Program-made: the position numbers and the translations under genes
Notes under the pieces: model-generated
What the model saw: the letters and a program-made list of their open reading frames with translations, nothing else
Database searches by the model: none
What the model was told of the DNA's origin: nothing
Source of the DNA: Guillardia theta CCMP2712
Lineage: Eukaryota; Protista; Cryptophyta
DNA length: 64,000 nucleotides
Assembly (NCBI RefSeq): GCF_000315625.1
Contig: NW_005434458.1
Location: forward strand, 1-64,000
Direction of reading: 5' to 3'
Shown here: positions 46,297-57,739 of the stretch, one piece after another
Layout of the letters: each line of letters opens with the position of its first letter
How positions within the stretch are numbered: position 1 is the first letter of the stretch

Positions 46297-47839
46297 CCAC
46301 CGTACGAGCCAACACTCAAATCAACTTCATGTAATGCTTCCCCTTCTGTCGAATCAAAGGCTGGCAATCATGTGGTGCAATCGATCTTGCCAAATCAACA
46401 TGGCGTATTTATTCATGACAGCTCGAAGCTCAAATGCCGGAATGTTGCAGTACACTACAATCGATCTGCTCTGTCACAGACTTTCTCCTGGATCCTGAAT
46501 AGCCGGGGCCACAAAGCAAGGCACCAAAACGTTGCCTCTTGTATCAATCGGTGGCCGTGGTCAGAGCATCCCTTGCAACATTAGGAAATCACTGCAAAAT
46601 GCTCGAAAAACTATGTATCGTTCACCAACGATGCTTGTGACGGAAGTGTAGGACTGAGAACGTTTCCCTTGCCGAAAAACATCGAAGGTGTCGCACATAC
46701 GTCTGTACGGTATGTTTCTCAAATGCCAGTAGTGAATCGTAGTTTACTTCTCTTGTCAGTGTTGGGACTTGAAGAGTTGTACGCAGTGACAGGCATGCAT
46801 GTGAACTCAGCAGTAAACATCAACGCCGATATCATGGAAGCATTTTGCATCTTACTAGCCGATGTGAACTGTCAGCAAATCAACCAGCATGACCCAGTTC
46901 CGACGATGCAGGAGCATCCTGTGTGTGACGAACTGGTTTTTTTTTCGCAGTGTCAGTGTTACTTGAATATTGCGAAACAATAAACTTCACACAAAATCTA
47001 AAGGAAAATTGTTGAACCCAACTCGAATCCTACCTGGAGACTCAGAGTTCCACATAAACTACGGTGAAACCTTATATGTAGTAGTTGTGAGAACGTCTTC
47101 GTTTTTCTTTTGGTGTCAGGAGTGCCAAGTTTCACGCGTGGCCTCGGAGGTTCAGATTCCCAGAGCTCGTCGTACTAATTTTACTCAATAAATTTGAAAT
47201 CATCTGGACCAATGGTATATAAGAGAATTTTATTTCCAAAGGTCGAGATGGTGAACCGTTGTGGTCGAGTTTGTCAGCAGGGTGATTGCACCCCCACAGG
47301 GGCCCACCGGAGGTGGGGTACTGACCGGACCATAAATGTGCCTAGCCCAAGCTCCATTCCGTTCTATGCCGTGATACATATGATGGTATTTATAGAAAAT
47401 ATCTAACCCTTCCTATACCACCCAATTAGTAACGGCGACGGGCTGGGGAAAAGACCGTGACACGATCGTGACAATTTCACATTTAAAAACATGTATATTT
47501 GAAATAGATTTCAAACAGGTTCTGGGAATCTGGACCTCTGCGCCACGCGTGAAACGCTCCGAGTGGCTTCAGTCAGGGGTTGCCCCGGCAGCATGCTACC
47601 GCAGGTAATCGAGAGGGAAACGAAGCTTGATAAGCTTGATAAGCTTGATGTTGAGCACCCGATGTCTTGATAGCCTGATAGCTTGATCTTGAGCACCTGA
47701 TGTCTTGATCGCCTGATAGCTTGATCTTGATCACCTAGCTTTTGATGTCTTGCTGGTTGCCAGGCTTGATAGCTTTGATAGGTTGATAGCCTCATTGCCT
47801 TGTTTGCAAGATTTGCTTGCTAATCTTCAGATCAGAGCG

Positions 47840-49757
47840 ATGGATGAAACCCATGGCCAAGGCTGGAGTGATGTGGATGACAAGATTGCAAGTCTCCGTC
47901 AGAGAATCGTACAAGCGAGGGACGAGTGGTTTGCTATAAAGGATGGCGGACTGGAGAAGAAACGGGCTCATTTGCGGCTTAGGCAGGCAGAGCTTGATCT
48001 GGCCGGGCTCGAAGAAGACGAGAGGAGAGAAGCGAAAGCTCGTATCAGGCTCTTGCGGACAGAGCTTGATCTGGCCGGGCTCGAAGAAGACGAGAGGAGA
48101 GAAGCGAAAGCTCGTATCAGGCTCTTGCGGACAGAGCTTGATCTGGCCGGGCTCGAAGAAGACGAGAGGAGGAAGGCAGAGGCTCGTATCAGGCTCTTAC
48201 GGGCAGAGCTTAGTCTAGCTGAGCTCGAAGAAGACGAGAGGAGAGAAGCGAAAGCTCGTATCAGGCTCTTGCGGGCAGAGCTTAGTCTAGCTGAGCTCGA
48301 AGGAGACGAGAGGAGAGAAGCGAAAGCTCGTATCAGGCTCTTGCGGGCAGAGCTTGATCTGGCCGGGCTCGAAGAAGACGAGAGGAGGAAGGCAGAGGCT
48401 GATGTTGGGGACGAATACTCTTGTGATGAATTGCGAACAAGTCTCACGAATCTCTGTCCACAGTCGTGAGGGTGCACGAAAATTGCTTTGCCTCACACAT
48501 CGCTCTCTTCCTCCATACGTCCTGCCGTCAGACCAAGCCGCAGAGGCCATGAACAGGATTTTCGGAAGTGCAATGGTACCCAAGCTACTGGAGCATGTAA
48601 ACCCATGGCTATGCTCTCAATTCCTGGAAGTGGTCAACCGATCAGAACCTGCCGAGCGACACGTACAGCTTAGGGCAGCCTCGCACAAAGTTCATATGTC
48701 AGTCAAGCAAGAGAAACCGAACTGGAGAGATGCGTCCATATACTGTATGTTTCAGATTGCTGCGTACGAATCTCTCTCTCAGCTGCACATCTCCCAAGGT
48801 TTTGCTCTTCTGAACTTGTGGAGAGGAGATCCACCAGTCCGAAACAGTGCAGCCTCAATCCTTGATGTAACGTTCCAGGACGGGAAAGCTTCTCTGATGG
48901 GAACGGCTCTTTCTATGCTGACCTCGAGGTTTGCTTCTCCAAGGCTGGATCCCATTACCATAGCTGTTTGTGCTGGAGGGGGCCGGCCTTTCTCTGACCA
49001 TGGCTCAGCGCTTCATGTCTTGCAGAAATTGTACAGAGAGCACATGTGCGCCAGTTATGATCCTGTGAACGCAGATGCGGTCAAGCGGGATGGAAATCAG
49101 CTTGAGTCGTTTGGGGCAGTAGTCATGATGATCAGCAGCTGGTCTCCCCCCCAGGACCTGCTAAAGAATATTGCCTTTCATTGCGGCGTGGAAGACACGA
49201 GAAGCTTGGACGAAATTCTTGCTTCTGTTGCAAGCAAGGAAATCTTCGTGGAGATGCTGACATCGTGCGTGTGTAACCTGGTCCCTCTGAAGGAGAGCGA
49301 GCGGGAGCATTTTCTGTCCGGCGCAGTCTTGGGCTTCTACACTCGTAACAGGGATTTACAAGGGAGGGACGGTACTTTTGCAGGGCCGACTTTATCAGGC
49401 AAGAAGAGATGGAAAGGGGGAGCGGAGTTCAAGAACTGGTCCTCGCCTGTTACGCCGAAACAGCTTTCAGACGTGATCTCAGGTCTGGTGTCACACGATC
49501 TGGATATCCATGTGTTCATGGCACCCAGCATATCAAAAGCAGCTTGTGACGTCCTTGAAAAAGGCACCTTTTTGAATGATCGTGGCACAGAGTGGCTGGT
49601 CTTGCATTTGAGAGGAGGAACTTCAACGCAGTGGGCCGCCTTTCCTTACCGACAAGAGGAGGTTGAGACCATCACACGTAGAAAGGTGCTGATTATCGTG
49701 GAGATTGGAATCGAAACACAACCATTCTGCGTTATCGGGCGGGATAGTGGTTGTTAG
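47840..49757 (+). CDS. 24-aa tandem-repeat N-terminus plus putative PD-(D/E)xK (REase-like) C-terminal domain; Crinkler/RHS-effector-like architecture
   Basis: ORF 47840-48469 joins ORF 48354-49757 via a probable intron ending TCCACAG (~48463) or a frameshift. C-terminus has GRDGTF..GGAEFKNW (D..ExK). Confidence 0.5.
47986..48400 (+). repeat. 72-bp coding tandem repeat, ~6 copies (ELDLAGLEEDERREAKARIRLLRT/A)
   Basis: Period 72 (AGAGCTTGATCTGG at 47989 and 48061); two variants in order A-A-A-B-B-A. Confidence 0.95.
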
Positions 49758-50074
49758 CAAACTCTACCAAGGCAACTGTGGATGTGAAAAGAAGCGTTGG
49801 CCTTCAGCAATCAAAGCAAGGCACACGTGCTTTTCTGTGGTCAGCTTGCTGGTAACTTGAAATATCTAAAGAGCAACAAGATAGATTAGTACAGGTGATC
49901 CTCTCCATTCGCTCCCGCTAGCATACACAAAGAAGATCATCTCATCTTATCATCGCTGCAATGAATTTTAAGACTTGATGTATTCCATTCGCGCACGATC
50001 TTCAATTCGTTTGTCCTAACTTGACTCACGCGCATCCTCAGTGACTTGATGAAGTCTCGATTACAGTCTTGCGA

Positions 50075-50310
50075 TTTCGCGCTCAACTCCGAAGCTGCTG
50101 ACAAGCAACATGCTCTCTTCTCACACAGCAAAGTAATCAGTTGGCTTACAGAACTCCAAGACTCGGAGGTCTTCGGGTTGACCAATCTCTTACAGATCCA
50201 ATCTCTTTCCCATCCAATCTCTTACAGATTCCACTTACTGATTCTATCTGCCCTCTTACATCTTGCTCTTCTTCTTCACATTCCCCAAAGGCACCCTTCT
50301 TCTCCGTACG

Positions 50311-50357
<47 letters not shown>

Positions 50358-50682
50358 GTTGCATGTGCTCCAGCTCGTGCTCCACCACCACCTCCTCCTC
50401 AGCATCATCAAAATCACATCATCATCATCATCATCCACTCTTTGCCATGATTAGATCCTTCTACATGACTTCTTGCAAGCAAGTGCATCTTGAGGAATTG
50501 ATGGAATGGCTGTTTTCCCACGTTGCTCACACTCACAGCTGGTGTATCCTTCCGAATCAACATGTTCATTCACGCAAAGATGATGGCACATCAGGCTTGC
50601 ATCTTCAGCATTGATACAATCGAATGCTTTCATCATGTACCTTGCATTGATTGCCAAACAAGCATGTGTGTGAAGAAGCCAT
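50075..50682 (-). pseudogene. Degenerate N-terminal half of a PHD-finger Crypton, homolog of ORF 1-913
   Basis: MASSHTCLFGNQCKVHDESIRLYQC*RCK/LMCHHLC..TSCEC, an acidic DE run, QIESV and SSVSQLITLLCEKRACCL align with ORF 1-913. Contains a stop and frameshifts. Confidence 0.8.
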
Positions 50683-51338
50683 GAATGGCGCGAAGCTGTT
50701 TGTGGAAGGGGGTGGGGTGGGGCCACACATTTCTATAAAAGATCGGACAGTGCAGGTTGTGCTACCCCTACTTAAAGCCTTCAAGTACCCGGTAAAATTA
50801 TGCCCTGCTTTCCAAAGGTATGTTTTTTAGCACTCATTGAAGATGCAGGACAAAATATTTACTCAACTTTGCCCTCCCTGCCGGACCAGACCTTTATGCT
50901 CGTGTCCGGCAACTGTCAGACACTTCAAACTATAAATTGGACTGAGCGAAAATTCATGCCGGTGGCGATGGAAGGAAGATAGATCATCGGATCGCAATTG
51001 TTCTCAGTATGCTATTTGTTCCTGACAAACCAAACAATGCATAACATAGGGAAATCATTTCTCCATCGATTTTCTGTCCTTGTATTCTCTAATTATGCAA
51101 TACGAGAGTAACAAACAGCATTGAACCTCGCTTGATAGAAGAAAACCTCTACGACGTAGGCTTGTTCTGAACCTTGTAGTCATCTGATCATGGCATGGGA
51201 CGTTTGATCGAAGCAATTCAAAAAGTTATTCTGGAAGCAATGCATTGACTTCCATGATCATGGCTGAATATCGACAATCGTTCAGCGTATTCAAGTACTT
51301 TTATTCCATGTTCAAAGAAAACATCATCCTGACTATTC

Positions 51339-52705
51339 TCAACGACTTGATGCAGACGAGCCTGAGTTCCTCTTGAATTTTTTCCTTAACTTCTTCACGA
51401 ATGTATTCCATTTCAATTGCCCTCTGCGGAAACTGTAGCCCGAGTCTACATTGATCCAACTGTAGAAAGACGACTCATACTTGACAAAAATCTCCTGCGA
51501 TTCCCTGAACATGCGCCTGACTCCGGTTCCTCTTTTCAACTCTTCAAACCTCCTTAGTTCTGTATCCCTCTCGTCTGCATCCTTGTCAGCTAGCACGTTG
51601 TTCATATGCTGCTCAAAACATTTCACGAGAAACTTCACGTCTGAACGTCGCTTTGTATTGCTTTCTCCAGGCTTCAACTCCCCTGCAGAAACATTTTTCA
51701 GAGGGGAATTTGTTTTTTCTCGTTTCCACAGAACCACAACTTCCATGCCGATAATGGGGTTTCCAGCTCTTGTTTCAAAAGGACTTCTTCCAGAGCCGAC
51801 GCGCTTGCCCCAACTGCTGCATCAATAGGACCACCCGGGTCTCTGCTCTCATTCACTCCAACAGTGTCCGAGGCTGCCGGTATTACGGTGCTCCCCTCTC
51901 TCCTGCGACCAGACTCAACAACACTCTGACCTGAAGCCTCGGGGTCCCTTTGCTGAACATCTCTCTGTGATCCACTTGCTTCCCCTCCCGTCTCCATAAT
52001 CACCTCCCGTATCATAGCTTCCAACTCATCTCGATTCTCTAGCAAGCCTTGCCGAAGGAAATCCTTCGCTGATTGTCCAGACTCATTTGGTATGAAACCA
52101 ACTTGTCGCCTCTCCGAACTTGAAACTCCTTCTGCCAATGCCTGGTTGCCCCGGCTAGATTGCTTGAACTCCAGAACTTCTCTTTGTATTTTTTCTAGGG
52201 ACGCAACAACCTTGTCATTGTGGACATATTGATGAACGTGTGGAGGAATGCCTGTCGCTTCCATTCTGCCCCTTGCTTCCTTTGGCATGCAGCAAACAAC
52301 CTTTGATTTCAAAGTATTCAGCATAGCTTCGTCCTGAAACAAGGTTGACTTCCAAAGAGGATGATTCCTCTGCAAATTCGTTCTGAGGAAGTCTGCATGG
52401 TATGACACGGATGCGAGTGCAAACTCCGCAACTCCATACATGCACATTGGTAATGTTGGGAACAGCATCTCAATCGCACTTGTGACCATCCCTGACGAGT
52501 CAGGCTTCTTTGAAATGCGGCGGAAGAATTGCAAACTCTGATGAGTCGATGGGAAGCCCTGTTATAGTCACGGCACTGCTCGAGGGACAGTGAGTACTGA
52601 CAGTGAGGGCCCGGATGAACAATAAGTTGCTGCCCCCTTCCTAATAGAGTGACTTCCAAGATCCTCTGCCAGTTGTAAACCGAGTGAACGCAGATGGGCA
52701 GTCAC
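51339..52705 (-). mobile_element. Crypton relic: C-terminal part of tyrosine recombinase plus GCR1_C-like tail, frameshifted
   Basis: LGSHSIRKGAATYCSSG (HxxR box); ITGLPIDSSEFAILPPHF; FALASVSYHADFL..HPL; GIPPHV; AWKLWFCG..PLKNV..KRRSDVKFL..QLKWNTF. Frameshifts at ~52510 and ~51705. Confidence 0.85.
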
Positions 52706-53130
52706 TGTACACATCAGTGACTCGGATGCCCCCGTGCGGCGTGCTGAGTCACGTCCGGCCATCCGATCAGCATGTGACGCCGCCCGGTCAGTAATGCCCG
52801 GGGCCGGGGATGATCCGCCGGGGCCGAGTCGTGGCACCCAGTGGCACGGCACCGACAACGTCCGATCACGGTCCCGGCGACCGCCCCGGCCCGAAGTCCG
52901 GCGGCCTGGCCCGGCCGCCGGGCCGCGGCCGCGTCCGAGTCAGTGACAGTGCGGCGGCGGCGGGCGTACCGTGCTGGTCACCGGGTGACCTGACGGTCAC
53001 CGTCCCGGGCCCGGGTCACCAAGTTGTGCCGGCGGCCCTCAGAGTGACGGTGTCCGCCGTGACTCATCAGACGGTGAGGCCGCTCCCACCGGGGCCGGAG
53101 CAACTTGAGTCACTGGGCCCGGATGAAACT
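52700..53130. other. GC-rich CCGG/GTCAC-motif patch abutting the truncated Crypton
   Basis: Same composition as 31030-31530. Confidence 0.6.
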
Positions 53131-54862
53131 TGAAAACCACCCCTCACTCCGGTCACTGTACCCCACTTTACAACTCACCCCTCAGTCGTTTACACAATTC
53201 CATCTTGTCTGCATCACCCCTCTTTTTCTGCTTCAAACCACCCGTCCTGGAATTCATCACCGAACCACCTGGACCACCCTCAGACCCCTCCACTACCCAC
53301 CCCACCCGTTCAAACGACCTTTTAGTCAGTTGTTTTTGCTACAGCGTCACCCGGAGTCCTTGAGGGCGACTGTACCCCACCCCTGGGGTTAAAACGACCT
53401 CAAACACCACCCCCCTGAATTTAAAACGTATCCCTACCCCATTTGTCAACTTCAGTACAATCTTCGCACTTTCACCCCCATATTTCTCCACCACCCCCTC
53501 CTACTCCTCTTGAATGTCCTACCGGTGGTGGTAGCTAAATCAAACATTTCACTCAACTTTTTTTCTTTTTAACTCAAATTTTCCCGGGAACAACATCACT
53601 ACCCCGTCTACTTCCCAATCGATGGCGTACCAAGTACCCCACCCTTCAAATGATAGTCATCCACCCCGGTATGTCCCCAGAGAAAATCCATCCCCGTGAT
53701 ACCCACCCAGTCTCTGAGCTGTACTTTGTACCCACTACCCTACCCACCCTCAGATTGGGTCTTCCCGGGAACTAGTGAACTACCACAGTCGCAACGCTGT
53801 ATCCCACCACCCTACCTAGGACGTTGAGAGTTTCCCTCGAATACCCCCTCTGACTCTGTCATACTACCCGTACTGTTGAAGTACCCTCCGGCCGTCCTCC
53901 ACCCCATCTTTGCAGCACTCTACCATACCACTCCCGTCGTCCTTCAGTTCAAGTACCCCTACATCATCTAAAAACACCCCACCCCCGGTCAAACTCTTAT
54001 ATATATTATCTACCCCTGACCCAGCGGCATCTCCTCCGACAGATCTTTTCATTCCTCTCCTCTCTCGATGACCCCACCCTTGCATTTAGTACCCACCCTA
54101 CTCATCCTACACACCCCTCCCAATTCGGTTCACTTATCACTATTGTGTACCCGTCCTATTCAATTTTTTCTGCACCCTACCTACGGCTAGGAATGTCAAC
54201 CCCCCGGTTAACAATAACCATTCTCATCACGAGGGTGGGGTGAACATTGACAGTACAAGGTTGGGGTGGTTTTTGAGAGAATGAGGTAGGGTAGGGTGGG
54301 TCTCTCGGATTAAATTTCCGTAGGAGGACGGGGTCATTGGTCGTACTTGAGTATTCCGATTGTGGGTGGGTGTTGACCTTAGGTAGGGTGAAATTCGATA
54401 AGGGGATTAGGGGGTAGGGTGGAGTTGATGACATTGGAGACGGGGTACTTCGGAGATGGGACCAAAAGGGTGGTAGTTCAGCCCAAGACTGGCTTGATTG
54501 GTGGAGGGGGGGGGTGAGAAGGGGGGTACGAATAATGTTGTGCTCAGGGGTGGGTTCTACAAATCACCTCCGGGTGAGCAAGTTTAGACCAGGGGTGGTG
54601 GTACATGGTTGTAGGTGTCGCAGTGGAATAGGAAATGGGGGGTAGTCCGAGACAGGAATCCATGGGGGGTGGTGAAGTTTTGAGGGTGGATGTACTAAAG
54701 ATAGGGGGTGGGGTGTCCCGCAAATCACAGGTGGGTAGGTGGAAGGCGTAGGGATAAGGGGGAAGGCGTACAGGTTGGGGGGTCAAATTTTTGGGTGGTT
54801 TTCCCCATGATTTCGGTGGTGGGGTGGCAGTGGGATTAGGGTTGGGTGGGGGTAGGGGGTCC
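53130..54862. other. TACCC/CACCC-rich tract that flips to GGGTA/GGGTG-rich near 54225; G-quadruplex potential on both strands
   Basis: Directly visible strand-skew inversion; no credible ORF. Confidence 0.7.
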
Positions 54863-56196
54863 AATCCTTGCTATGCAATGGCGCCGAGGGTTCCAATGGA
54901 AGGAGCGACGGGGCATGAGTGGAGGGGAGTCGGAAAGAGAAGCTTGTCTTCATGAAACCGTCCCACCTTTCTTACACTCTTCTCCTGCCCTTCTCTCTAC
55001 TTCTAGAGTCTCCTGGTAGATTGAGCGGGACGAATGTTTGTCTTCGGCTTTGTTGGAATGTAGGTAGTTTCAGGAGTGAGATTCAGAGCAGGTGGATTTG
55101 AAACCCGCAAGTAGGAAGGGAGCAATGTTTTAATTGCAATTGGAATTCGATGTCAGACTGTCTCTGGTGCGGGTTTCCGATGATTCCTCTGCCTTTTAAC
55201 GACAGTCGCGTTCTTATAGCCGTGTTGCATTCTATTTGTAGTTATGAGAATTCTGTCTTCATCTCTGGAGAAATATCGAGAAATATTTGTGATTTTATCT
55301 TTGCATAGTCAAACATCGTCTGTCATGATGGTTTTTATAGCATGTCCTACACAAGTTTGATCTAGATTGACATAAGACTCAAAGCTCTGCTCTGCAATAG
55401 TTTTCAGCTGAAGGTCCTATTTGTCCTCCTATATGGCGAGCGAGAACTCCTCGAATGCTTGATTTGACACATGTTTTGTTATGCAGATCAGCTGCAGCAA
55501 CAAAAGAGCTTTCTGTTGCTTCATCCATTCCTGGCAATCTAATTTGTCCAGGGTCAACGCAGTCAAGAGATTATGAGGAATTGTTCTCGATCTTGAACTG
55601 TTGATCCAGAAGCAATCTACTGCATTTCTTGTGCATCTATGCCAGGATATTAAGCAAACGAAGTCAGGAGGGATCCGTCGGAGCGTTTCAGTTGATTGTG
55701 ATAGTAGTATGCTCCACAGGGCGTTGTGAGGTGAATCTGGTGGAAGGTGAACTTCGAGAGTCGTCGAGATTCAGATAGACGCGCTAGCGTCAGATTCTGT
55801 GTGGCTTCATCATGGAGACGTTCGGAAACGATTTACTACATGGTCTCTCTGAGATCTCAGCCACGGATAAATCCGTAGTCATTCAAGACAACACAAAGGA
55901 TAACGGGTACAAGAGCAACGAAAGTTGCGACGTTGTTTGATGACAGGTCCGCAGTTTGCCGAGATCTTTGCAGCAAGATCCAAAGGAGAATCATGATAAC
56001 CAACCCACAGAAGCGACTTCCCATATGTTTTCGGGCAAAGGTGATCTCCACTTTGCATGCGACCCGTAGACTGATCCAACCCATTGCAACAGATGCCTCA
56101 TTTCCGGACTCAGGCAATGTGCCCGCAAGCTTCAGTGAAGTGGAGAGCGTAGATGCAGATGAGCTGTCGAGAGGTGTGTGAAAGTCTGATGAGAGG

Positions 56197-57620
56197 ATGA
56201 GGAATGGGGTTATGATTGTCCGAGGAATGAGGGTGATGTCAGGAACCAACGTCGATGACGGTTGCGATGGATCCGACAGCAACTCGAGGGATGGCCGTCC
56301 AGCTGGGGACACGACCTACAGAAAGTTATTTGTTGGTGGGCTAGCATGGCAGGTGATGGGCAGTGGCAGGGTGAGGTTGAGCCATGACGTCTTGATGTCC
56401 AGACAACAACCGAGACCCTGCAAAACCATTTCCATGTCTATGGAGAGCTGCAGGAGGTAATGAAGTTGATGACAGGGAGAGTTCATTGTTGTCTCATTTC
56501 AGTTTCTTTTGTGCAGGCGGTTGTCATATGTGACAAAACAACTGGTAGATCGAAAGGATACGGATTTGTAATTATCTCGATGCTTTCCTCTCATCGACTC
56601 TGACTGGCCGGTTTTCTTTCCTTTCCAGGTTACATACAAAAGGGATGAAGATGCGCAACGGGCTGTGGCCAACAAATCTCCGATCATGTACGTCAACCCT
56701 CTACTTGTTGTGGTCGATGCATTGTGAATCCTTGAGGGTGAAAGAAATCATTCATCATCCCTGGTTACCTTCGCTCCCCCTGTTGTCTTCATTCTGTGTC
56801 AGATGAACTATTCCTTCAATGTGATTGGGCCCCTCGCAGAGATGGAAGAAAAACGAACTGCAATTTGGCTGCGCTAGGGGTCAAGAAAGGTATGTAAGAT
56901 TGCTCTTCGAGCCAACGTCTCAAGCTCCGTTCGTAGAAGGCAAGCGAGGCAAGAGGAATCACAACGGGCATGGGATGGGACAAGAGAGAGCGATGGGTTA
57001 TCCCAACCCGATGATGCCCAACGATATGAAGTATCTTCCTCCTCCTGCCTTGTCTTCTTCCTCTTGCACTGTCCCTGACCCCTCCCTCCCTCCTCCATCG
57101 CTGTGAGCTGACCCAGAGGACTCAGCATGCAGATGATGTATCCTATGTACCTCAGAGACGGCGGCTACCCTGTTCCTCCCTCTTTCGTCGCCCCTGCTGG
57201 GCAGGCAGGCTACCCGGGCATGCAGGGATACTACTTCCCTCCCAACTTTGCCTACCCGATGATGATGCCGGGCCATGTAGGACGTCTGAACTGAACTGGC
57301 TGTCGATCCCCTGACAGTCTGGCAGTTTCCAGCGCAAGGGTGGAACGGAAACCCCAACATGCAGGGCGGCAACGTGCCGCGGAATCAGCCGGCACCAGGA
57401 ACGATAGTTTTCCCGGGGATGATGTATCCGAGTGCGTTGGAGCTGTGGGTGAGGTAGTCTGTGACCTGACGCTGCCGCAGACAACGATATGATGTTCAAC
57501 ATGAGCCAACAGCCCCCTTCTGCTCCAGGTGAGGACGATACGGCACATCTAGAGTCTCATGCTGGTCCTGGTCCTGTCAGAGGCTCAGCCGCCGGGAGCA
57601 ACGATCAACGAGCTGAGCGA
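56197..57620 (+). CDS. RRM RNA-binding protein, RBM24/RBM38-like, multi-exon with Pro/Gly/Met/Tyr-rich tail
   Basis: Spliced [82 protein letters not shown] (RNP2 and RNP1). Confidence 0.88.
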
Positions 57621-57739
57621 GGAGCAGGAGTAGAGCTGGGGATATCAATCGTATCTACTAACACCCAAGATGTCGGCGCAAATTACTGCGAGTAAAAATC
57701 GGATGTCACGAGCCCCTTCCAGGCTTCGGGCCTACGAAG

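Noticed and set aside
46300-47200. Possible decayed gene or TE fragment
   Set aside because: Multiple stops in the frames examined and no recognisable motif; cannot be assigned without a translated search.
45755-50070. The 540-bp direct repeats as LTRs of a second retroelement
   Set aside because: No TG..CA ends, TSD or PBS, and the repeat includes the coding 3' end of the internal gene.
53130-54862. Interstitial telomere from a chromosome fusion
   Set aside because: There is no regular repeat unit, and the polarity (C-rich then G-rich) is opposite to an end-to-end fusion.
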